Origin: Antedon mediterranea
Lineage: Eukaryota; Animalia; Echinodermata
Direction of reading: 5' to 3'
Assembly: GCF_964355755.1 (NCBI RefSeq)
Contig: NC_092671.1
Location: 8,246,001 to 8,310,000 of the forward strand
Length of the DNA stretch: 64,000 nt
The translations under genes and the position numbers were made by a program. Below the pieces are notes generated by a model. It was not told where the DNA came from and did no database searches. It saw only the letters and a program-made list of their open reading frames with translations. Shown here piece after piece: positions 53,293-64,000 of this stretch; position 1 is the stretch's first letter; every line of letters begins with the position of its first letter.

Positions 53293-54884
53293 TTAGTTAT
53301 CCGCTTAGTAGCGGATAACTCCTTGTGATTGTATTGGATCAATATTTTTCTGTATTATTCTTCTTTCTTTCCTTCCTTTTTGTGAGACGCGTTTCTCTGA
53401 AATGGGTAAACATAACATTTCATAACTTTGTCAAAACATGGGCATTTATGTGAAGTTGTGCACCTCCTATTTTGAATGACGTCAGAGTTGCGCAATGTGA
53501 CTTACGCGCGATTTTATGATTTTTTATGATTGATCTTAGATTAAAAACCAAGCATAATTTTTTTTTTTACAATTTCTGAAAATTTAAGTCATATCAAGGG
53601 CAATCTTTCTGTTGATTAAAAATGGCATGTTTTACAAGAAGTTACGCGCGCACGTGCATTTAAAATTTTAAAATGCGCAAAATTAATTTCTAATCAACTT
53701 TTTACGCCATTCATGACATTTTGCGCATGTCAAAATTTCCCGCGCACGCGAACAATTTTACACGTGCAGTGCGCACGCAGCATGAAAATCATGTTTTTTT
53801 CTATTAAATTGTGATTTTCCAGCCTTTCCTAGTCATTTTTAAAAAGATTAACATCATTTCAAATTAAAATGACGTCATACGTACACGTTGATTTAGACCA
53901 TTTGCGTGCGTTGTAGTTGCAAAAGTTACAAAATATTGTCAAAATTATGCCTATTTTGAATCTATTATAGCTCCTCAGGATCAACCGTTACCCCTGATTT
54001 TTTTAATTTAATATGAAAGCAGTTATGTTGTAGATATGAATTCATGCAGAATTTTTTCTTCACGGATGTTGTGACGTCATCATATGGCCACACAAATGTA
54101 AAATATAGGATTTTTGTCTCTTTAGTTATTGCTCATCACATTCAATGGAGCGCATTACGCTTATCCATCTTCCATTTTCACCGAGATTTTAACATTGTCT
54201 AGGTCAATCAACTATCTTTCGCATGAGTTAAACATATTTTAATTTTGATGACGTCATCATGCCTAAAAATTTTAATTACGTGGGTCATTAATTTCATCTT
54301 TACAGTAAATGTTAATCTGTTATAGCTCGTAAGAATAAAATGTGATAATCACGATTAAAACGTTTTCTGGAAGCTATTGGATTGTAGATACGAATTCATG
54401 TAAACATTTTGCCAATCAGATGTAGTGACGTCATCATATGGCCAGTTGAATAAAAAAAGTTGTATTTTTATATTTTGCGTCATAGTTCATCACATTTAAA
54501 AGAGCGCGCATCTATATTTCACGTATCCAAATTTCTTCTACAGGTTAATATGTTGTTGCTGAGATAATATCCTTCCGAAATTGTTATTTTAGTGTTTCAT
54601 TTTGATACCGTCGCCATGTTAAAAAATGGTATAAATGACGGGTCCCGTAATTTCACCTATTCTACACTGTATGTAATATGTATACAGATTATACTGTTTA
54701 TACTGATACTATGATACAAAATTGACAGAATTCAGCACTAACAACATATCATATTCTTCAGATCAGATCAGGTCATAATGCCATTATCTTTTTCTGTGTG
54801 CAAAATTCCAACGAGTATGACGTGCACGTGGCGTTTGTCGTGCGGATAACTAACTCGTCAAAGTGACGAGTTTCATGTCTAGTT
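53293..54884 (+). mobile_element. Helentron-associated non-autonomous element (about 1.6 kb)
   Basis: 5' hairpin AGTTATCCGC-TTAGTA-GCGGATAACT; TTC-rich microsatellite; internal repeat of about 355 bp; 3' subTIR GCGGATAACT plus hairpin AACTCGTCA-AAG-TGACGAGTT, ending CTAGTT. Confidence 0.85.
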
Positions 54885-55870
54885 TATTTTGCATTGCTTC
54901 ACGATTACTCAACAACCTAATAAAATTATAGGAAAATGTATGTAGGAAAAACTATGAAATGTAATACCCAATGATGTGGGGCTTTAACTTTAGGTTTTCT
55001 GATAATTTGATTGAACAGCGATTTTTAATACACTTTATTTTTGCATATAAATGTTCGTTAAATTTAACTTTACAGTATCTGAGTATAATAAAATACTAAA
55101 TAGCATAGGAAAATAATTTAATATTGAATGACTCATTAAAATTATATCTCATTTTGCATGTTTAAAAAATGAATAAATGTATATGAAATGTAGTTGGGAA
55201 ACCAGAAATGTTTGGAAGTTGTTGGGAGAGAGTATTTCTGGTATCCATAATGATGCACCATTTAAAGAGAATATAATTAATAAAGAAAAGTAAAAATATA
55301 AAACACAAATTTATTTGCCATAAATAAATAATAATTGTTTATGATAAATGAGCATTTTTTTTATCGTAATAGTAGTTATTCTAAATCAATAGTACAAGAC
55401 CATATGCTTCCAATGACAATGTAGAAATATCTATAAAATTTGTTATTAATATTTATGAATTAAAAAATTATTAATAATTTAGATAAAGACAGAGTACTTC
55501 TTTTGACAATTATTTGTGGTCTTTGATGATTTCAACAACCAATGCATTTTAAATTCAATATTATTAAAACCATGGGGTTCCAATTTAAAATGACTATGTA
55601 GAAAAAAGGCAACATCTGATTACATATTTCATCAATTAAAACAATTGAATTATTAAAATAATATTTAAAAATGAATCAACAGTTTTTTAAAATATATACA
55701 CATTCTTCAAAATTCCTTAAAATTAATAAGTAATCCTACAGATAATAACAGGGTTTTAACCATTGCATCAACATGTTTTTTAAAAGGGTTACGGTACAAG
55801 TATTAAAACACAGGTTGACATTAATTATATTTGTATTTATTAATAAATTAAACAGGTACGGATATAAGTA

Positions 55871-56537
55871 CCGTACTGACGCGGGTATAAGCCCACCCCC
55901 CTTGAACATGAAATCACGTCAAGCTTGGGGGGTGGGCTTATACCCGAGGATCCAAAAATGCAGATTGTCAAAAACAGCACATGTACACTGTGTATTCCAC
56001 CATGCGAGCGAGCGCCCTCACGTGTACGACGTTGCCTCTAAATACACGAGGTGTAGAGTGTCGGAAAATTAAGCTTATAGTTCGTGTAATTTATCGTAGA
56101 ATATCTTATTTTAAACATCAATTGAACAAGAATTTATCAAGCAGAAAAGCAAGTATACAATGTTCGTTAAATAGAAATGTACCAAAGAAATTTAATAAGC
56201 TTGTTTATGGCAGCCGATACCAAATAGTGGTTTGCCGTTTTGGCGACTTGTAGCGTCGTATGTGAAGCGATCTTCGACTGCTATGGAGTGTAAACAAAAC
56301 AGGACCGCTAGGCCTCATATGGCCTAGCGTATATTAGCCTAGCTTGGTTATGATCAAAGGTAGGTGTATTCGGTGTATGGACGTCGCCAAATACAAAATA
56401 ATGTATTACGACACACACTGTAGATCTTCGAATTAATGGGTGGGCTTATACCCGAGTGCCTCATTTTTCATGAAAATTAGTCAAAAGTCGGGGGTGGGCT
56501 TATACCCGAGTATGGGCTTATACCCGCATCAGTACGG
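55871..56537. mobile_element. Tc1/mariner-pogo-type MITE (667 bp)
   Basis: TA on both flanks; TIR CCGTACTGA(C/T)GCGGGTATAAGCCCA; subterminal TGGGCTTATACCCG repeated. Confidence 0.9.
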
Positions 56538-59500
56538 TACATACATTTACTTTAAAATAGAATTCATGTACTACACAAATATTCTAAATAGAATATCACT
56601 GATGACCATTCAAACATCAATTTGATCATCAATGGTGATAATGAATGGGCAGTTTTATGTCACTTTATTGATTGGTTCCAGGCTAATTAACTTAATTAGT
56701 AACTTTTAAATTATTTAATTTAGCAACATGCAAATCATTGTGAAGGTCAGATAATACTTTTCATATTAAGAGGCAATTGAATTTAAAGAATTATAATTCT
56801 GTGGTAATATTACCAACAAAACACTGATATAATTAATTTATTCTGATTGGTTAAGATTTAGTGACATTGATTCTCACATTGAAATCTCCATTGACCAATC
56901 ACATTTCAGCTATTAACTGAAAGTAAAATGATTCTGATTGGTTCACTTTTACAACCAGAAATCTAAGTTTCCTATGAAAATCTCTAATGCTATGATATAC
57001 CAGCTAAACAAGAATTGATAATTAAAGGTATGGAAATTCTGATTGGTTAATTTGTATGGCTGAATAACCAGACGACTAAGTCTTGAACAAGCAATTTGTT
57101 AAATTTACATCAAACGTTAGATCTTATCAGAATATAACACAACTATCTCATTTCCCCCTACACAAGTCCACGAAATATGACGATGCTATTAAACACAGTG
57201 CAAAATACAGCCAGAGGAAGTAACCAGCTACTAATTGTCACTTACGTTGGTGACAACTTGTTTTCATTGTCATCTAGTTTAGAGCTTTTATGACAAGTTC
57301 AAAATTAAATTTCAACTGTTCAAAATGTATAATTGTTATATTATAATTTATATTCATTTTTTATTATTATTATATATAATTTATTTTTAAAAAGAATATA
57401 TACTAACTCAATGTGTATCAAAAACAATGTCAAATTTAAATTTACAACAAATTAAATACAACACATGAGAAATGTTCAGGAAATGATCAATTTCAGTAAA
57501 CAAGTACATTTTTAGTTGAACATGTCTTTTTTATATTTATTTATTTTTATAGGTAAATTGGTCGTACTTTTATTAAAACTAATATTGCTACATGGATTAA
57601 CATGCAAATTAAAAACACACAATTGAAGCTAAATTAAATCTTGTTTTGTCAGAAAAAAATGCTCACTGGAAAAATTTGACAGATATGAAACCCAAACAGC
57701 AATGTTTATGCCAAACATTACGCTGTTAAAAAAAATAAAAGACTTTAACAAAATATATGCTATCAATTATTATGGTATGAATAGACTAGTATATGAAAGT
57801 ATTTTTTAAATATTTTCATTACAAAAAAATCAGGTAAAAATATTTTTGCTTATTCATCAATCACGCTGAGATCTGCTTTAACGGCGGAAGAATCTATTGA
57901 GTAATAGGACGATCCGAGTACAGTCGTCAGGAAGAACCTGTATTCATTAGATTATTCTAGGTCCATAAAATTAGGTCAAAAGAGTTTTTATTGGCCAAGA
58001 AAACAAGGGGATGTTAAGTTGTTTGGAAGTTGGCGCGCTTTAAGCTTAGGCGCTAAATACGTCAAGTTCCTGACATCCTTTTAATTAACTTGAATTATCA
58101 TGTTCTTGAATACTATTGCTTTTGTAATATGAGCAAATACGGGGATATAAGATTTGATTGAATTGTCAATTTTATAGTGATTATCTAATATTTGTTTTGT
58201 ACTAAATATTGTAATACATAATTTTACCCAGGTTTTCTACCTTAACCGTGCAGAACTTAGACAAAAAAATACAAAAAGCTAACAGGTTATCACTACAGAG
58301 ATAATAGGTGAAAGCTATATTAGGCGACAAAATAGAAAAAGTTTTTTAATTGAATATTGAGAGAATAAAGATTACTGATATCTGTATAACCTTAAGGTTA
58401 GAGTTCAAATGCTTTCCTTGTTTTTAATTACCTATCAAAATTATCCTTCTATAAATTTTGACAGAAGCTTTGACATGCAAATAAAAAACATAAGTTAACT
58501 TCCAAGTTAAATTGGATATCTCCTAGTAACCCCAACAATTTCCTATGGTAGTATTTTCCTTAACGCCCCAGGAGAGTTACCACTACAGTTTATTCTCATT
58601 TCCCCCCTCTCGTAAACTCGTTCAGGTATGAAAGAACACCTCTTTGGGGAGTATGAGTAATAAACATGAGGCTGTACTCCGTACCATCTATCTCTATTTC
58701 TACGACAAACACGACAGTGAAAGCGTGTGTACCACATTAAGCATTTGATAAAGTGATCTGATTGGCTGATGTGATTTTTAACACTTGATTTCAATGGAAA
58801 ACCATCAACATGTTTTCGAGTTTGATTACTGTTATCTGTTTTACATTGTTCGGTCTGTCAAATAGAATTGTATTCAACAAAAGAAAATGTGACCGGTCAA
58901 TTCACGAGGTCTACTACTAAGGTTGCGGCCATAACCGCAGCAAAATGTCCATCAATATCTTCGAAAAAAAGAAGATTATTGTAACCCAATCCGCAATGAC
59001 GTTCACAGTTTTTGTTTTTCATCAATTAATCAAAATGGCCCGTAATTTCTAACTAATAGTTATAAGGTGAGCCACCATGTTTGTTTGATTTTAAAGCGAA
59101 GGAATCGATTAGTCGAAGGTTTATTGGCATAACAGGTGCAAGGCAAAACAGATATTGAGCCTCTATGATCTAAATGAAACCAAATCAGGGGTCAAGTAAG
59201 GGTGTTACTGGTCATTTCACCACAAAATTTAAAAAAAACTATATACAGTTATGAACTATATGTACTAAATTAAATTAAAATCAAGCCAGGACCCGGAATT
59301 TTCTGTAGTTACTGAGTCTCCAGGCAAGCACAGAAAATTCACAAATAGCTGAAATACGAGACTATATAGCTATTGATTATCATGCTTGTCTCATATCAAA
59401 ACTTTGCCTAAAACTGCCCTAGACATAGTACCAAAGTCAAGTACTGTAACAAGACTTAGTTTTGAAACAATGGGCATAAGAATTTGATCGATCTAGATGT

Positions 59501-62500
59501 CATTAAATTGTTTTTAAAAAAAAGAAAAACACCGGTTATTAAAAAACAATTATATTGTGATTCATAGGGACCACCAGCGAACAAACCACAATTTAAGTCT
59601 TCTTGTCTAAAAATGCATTTTTTCCAATTTATAATTAATCCTTTGTGATGTTCAAAACGCACACTCTACGACAATGATTCATGCTTTGAACTCAAACACA
59701 AAATCAACGAAAACGCTGCATCATGCACCCTACCGACAATTATTATAATGTAGTTTCATGTGCATGCGTATTACGAGCCATGTACAATATTCAAACATAC
59801 TTAGTACTAAATTGTCATGTGTTCGTTTAGCAAGCAATCCTTCAATTGTAACACAAACAAACTTAAAGTTTGCTTTTGTGAAGTTCTTTTCATGCATCAT
59901 AAATAGTATAACTAAGGTATGAAAGGATAAAAGGCAGCAAAATTCAAATGGCCTAGACTGGCATTTGATAATTATTTTGATGAAGTCAAGATAGTTAAAA
60001 AAGTGATTAATAGAAAAACTGACGCTTTATTGTTATCTAATATGCAATGGAATATAAACATATCAATATTTTTATACCTCCCTGTTTGCATACTGTAGGA
60101 AACTAACAAATGAAGATATTTTTATCTTTAAGTTTGATAATCTTCACTTCCAAGTATCAGATGGTTTAGTTATTTTAAAAATGGTAAGGTTTGCACCACT
60201 ACCCGGTGATATGTGGATTTTATTTAAAGACTCTTTACTTCATGATTTTATCAACATATATGAGACTGCATCCCACCAAAGAAAATGGAGAAATGACTTT
60301 CTGTTGTTATGGTGTCTAATTCTTTTAAAAAGCTAGGCTCTGAATCAAGAGAATTATGCAGGAAATTGATACTGTTTTAATGAAGTTCCACATTACACTG
60401 AAGCAGTTGTAGTTTGAGTAGAGCAGGTATAGTTAAATTATTCGGGATCAACTGACCTTGATATATTAATATAATAATTACTTCTTGATTTTTGGCACAT
60501 TTGCATTATTACTATGCTGCTTCAAAAACCCTGACACTTGCAGTAATCGCCAATAAAATGAGCAGTCACAGGCAGATATCAAACGTACGGCCAAGCTTGT
60601 AAACGGAAAACAAACAAGGTATATCTGACCTCCAATAGAAATACCCCCTGTTGTAGACTTCGGGCAACGATTTTCGCAATTGTGACTCAAATGTGTGTGA
60701 TACAATGTATATGCAACATGCACAATGTTTGTGATGACGAATATTTTATGCGGCTGATACCACATGAAGTGATGTTCTTTAGCTCAGTGGATCTAGATAC
60801 TGCACGAACCTCGAGGCGTAACCGTTTTACCAATTAATGTCGGGAAATCTCGCAAGTCATAGTACACAACTGTTAGGGTATACAAAAACCTTTAATTTTG
60901 GGATATAATTCTTTCGTTGATTGATTGACTGTTTGATAAGAGGAGGAGGGGGTATATTAAAAATAGAGATAACAGCCAGAAGGTACATTGTAGGGGGTAA
61001 ATAAATGACAGTTTTGACAACCATTCAAACGTAAAAACGTTGTAATAAAATATCAATTGACACAAGTTACATCAAGAAATTTAAAGCTTGTTTCTAAATA
61101 TGAAGGTTAATGTTAAAATCTACCTTTTATAATTTTATGTAAATTACTGTTTGTTACTAGATTGTACCTTTGTTGAGGAAAATAATATATAAGATATACT
61201 TTTAAGTAAGAGGTTGGATATTCTTGCTAAATATAGTTAATCTTTATGCGTTCTCTACAACAGGCCTATGATTCACAGACATGTAAAGATACATGTTCAG
61301 TAAATAAATGTGGGATTTCCCATTTAAATACATAAGTTTATAATGCACCAGGATACATGATAACCAGATCAATACCTTAATTTCAATTGTTTTATACACA
61401 CTTGATTGTCATAGCTCATACAAAGGCTTTATATTTAACAATAAGGGCGGAAGATTGACTCTAATACCATTAAATAGTATGACAGTTGCAAATTAAAATA
61501 GAAAATGCTGCTAAAATCCCTTAACATCCTATTTGGGAAAATGAAAATTATCCTAATCAAAACCTGTAAACAAAACCATCCCAGACGTCCTGTTACGGCA
61601 AAACCACAATCTCTAGGTCAACAACACCAGAAAAAACAAACATCAAGAAATCAATATATGATTAGTAAAAGATTCACCGATCTGAGAGGGTAAATCCAAA
61701 CATATTTGATTATTTGTTTCCTTTCATATTAGTACACTGTCATAATTTATTAGATCCTTAAAACTGAAAATGCCTTAAAATACCAGAAAAACAAATAGAT
61801 AGTTTATAATCTGACCAATCAGGTTCAGGCAAATTTACAGCAACTAAATAACAGAATAATGTATGTAACTGAAAATATCTAGAAACAAATGAATTGTAAT
61901 GACAGAAAAGGGTCCATGGTGCGTCTCTATGCCAAACTCAGAATTTATAAAGCAATTCATTGTACATTTTCTGAATCCCATTGAAAATGCCATCTGTAAC
62001 TTAAATATAAATGTACTCATGTATATGACAGATAGTTAGCTATATTATAAACATACAATCACAAAATGGAAAAGGAAATTAGTATCAAAATGTATTTTAA
62101 TAATATCATACACCCACTAAAACAACTTTACAGTGAATACGATCTGATAAAACTTGTTAACCATACAAAACGATTTTTACAACCAACACGGATATCAGCA
62201 AAAAGTAACATGAAGTAACACATGATAAAATGCAACAGGTTGATCAGAAAGGGTAACATAAATGACATGCATGCTTTACTAAGTTAAGGACTTAACACAT
62301 ATATCTGTCGATCATTATTATCATCATCTTTCAGACCAAAATACATTTTTATGCAGTTACGTTTCGATGATTCTGGGGATTTTTTTAACCCTATTTTTTT
62401 TTCTAATTTTTGTTTGTATGTTTTATATCTATCGGAAAATAACATTTAAAATGTTTGCACAAAAAACTTTTTCAATAAAATATATATCAGATTTATGGCC

Positions 62501-63006
62501 ATGTTTGACAATCAGATTAATGTATAAAAACTGAATTTGACAAAAAAAAAGAAGAGGGGGGGGGGGCAGTTGATTTTAGAATGGCCTTCCTAATAGACAT
62601 GGTGCCAAGATTCCCAAAGCCAAACTCAGAAGCTAAACCTATACACAAAGATAATCTGGACTATCTCAACAAATTAGCACATTTTTTTTTTATAATTGTT
62701 GAAAAAAATTGTTCAAAAATAGAAATAACACAATTTTATCAGTGTCTCCTCGAAAAGATTTTCAAATAATTTCTACTTATTAGCCAGCTCAGCCTGTTGA
62801 CAAACAATCCTGGTTTAGCTCACAAGTTAAACACAAATTTAATGATGATAATTCTATCAGAATATCTTGTCAAATTGTCAAAACTCTTATGTACACTAGA
62901 AATGATGATAGGCAGCTACAGTTCACTAATATTATTTATATTTCAAGTACGTTGCCAATTACTGGATGGATAAACTATATCAATATCATCTCTTATAACA
63001 GACTAA

Positions 63007-63159
63007 AGCTCTGTCTAAACTATCATTGAACTGTAGATTGACAAAAAAGTATGATGTGCCCAAATATGGTAGTGATATTCCTAAAAATGGTCATCATGTC
63101 CATATATGGGCCCATCTTATTTTTGTTGTCACATAAAGTTTGATAGTGTAGACAGAGCA
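63007..63159. mobile_element. MITE family A copy
   Basis: Both TIRs present. Confidence 0.85.
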
Positions 63160-63503
63160 TTACAGAGTGGAGTACACCCCTTACATGTAGTGCAGTAGGT
63201 AAAGGAGCACCCAGGACCTTGGGATTGGAAGACAAGCACCCAGCAGCTACTGCTTATATACTTTGTTCAATTGTGTATTTTCATTGTATAGACACTTTGT
63301 TTCTAATTGTTTTATAAATTCTGCCTTGGCAAAACTTTGGGATTCATGTAATAGTCAAAAAGTCTGATTTACCTTGATTCTTTACTAGTTTATCTTTCAA
63401 GCTGGACAGATGGTATAATCAGAACAAGTTTACTCTTCTCGGAATCTTCTTGAAGAAGCAATAAATTAAAAAACTAGTGAAAATTAATCACTTTTTTTCT
63501 TAC

Positions 63504-63585
63504 CATTTGCACGATGTGTCTTGTTGAAAAGGTTCTTTTCAAAGGCTTTCTGTTCTTTAGTTGTTGGGAAGCTATCATCATAATA
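63504..63585 (-). CDS. COPZ1: Coatomer subunit zeta, first coding exon in window ([27 protein letters not shown]+G); upstream exons are outside the window
   Basis: tttttag acceptor and GTAAGA donor; 82 nt, phase 0 to 1; peptide matches the conserved zeta-COP N-terminal longin region; joins the next exon in frame (G+CT=Ala). Confidence 0.96.
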
Positions 63586-63750
63586 CTAAAAAACATTATC
63601 AAAAAAGATGATAAATAAATAATAATTCAATTAAAATACATAAATGTATAAACTATCTTACTCTAGGACCCAGGAGAAGTGACAGTGTGGGATCCAAACT
63701 TTCAACCTTATGGTCAAAAACCAGAACACGCCAGCTATGTCACAGATCTA

Positions 63751-63874
63751 AGCTCTGTCTACACTATCAAACTAGTTTGACAAAAAGTATCTACCCAAAT
63801 AATGGTAGTGATATGACATCATCATGTCCATATATGGGCACATCACATTTTTTTTTGTCACATAAAGTTTGATA
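63751..63874. mobile_element. MITE family A copy, right end truncated
   Basis: AGCTCTGTCTACACTATCAAACTAG...CATAAAGTTTGATA. Confidence 0.8.
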
Positions 63875-64000
63875 AACAGTTTGACAGATCATTAAAAAAC
63901 CAAAAATTCTTATACGGTAAATTTTTACTCCGTATAATAATAGGATTTATTCTAAATATTATTTTCAATTTTAAATATATTTTAATAGTATTTATTAATG

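Noticed and set aside
57246-57278. 28-nt AG..GTAAGT segment in the largest COPZ intron
   Set aside because: Frameshifting and lacks a polypyrimidine tract; no support.
1-64000. Remaining 60-110 aa ORFs in the track
   Set aside because: Composition typical of AT-rich non-coding DNA, many overlap repeats, and no recognisable domains or splice-consistent chains.

Overview
AT-rich animal genomic DNA, probably from a marine invertebrate; an echinoderm is a guess from sequence style only. There is no prokaryotic content (no CRISPR, rRNA or operon). Most of the window (8138-63585, minus strand) is a coatomer zeta (COPZ/zeta-COP) gene. Five coding exons (82, 148, 78, 91 and 48 nt) splice in frame across introns of about 25.6, 17.1, 3.7 and 8.6 kb, and its first exons lie beyond the right edge. 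A candidate 21-nt in-frame microexon (GLSAKLQ) and a candidate alternative last exon lie in its final intron. At the left, a second minus-strand gene encodes a signal peptide plus one Ig-like domain that lacks the canonical disulfide. The rest is non-autonomous transposons (Mutator-like, Harbinger including a Myb/SANT remnant, pogo/Tc1-like, Kolobok-like, Helentron/DINE-like, tRNA-SINEs, an L2 tail), tandem duplications and many enhancer-like motif islands. These islands suggest COPZ is a bystander gene in a genomic regulatory block. All coordinates were counted by hand and no database searches were run.
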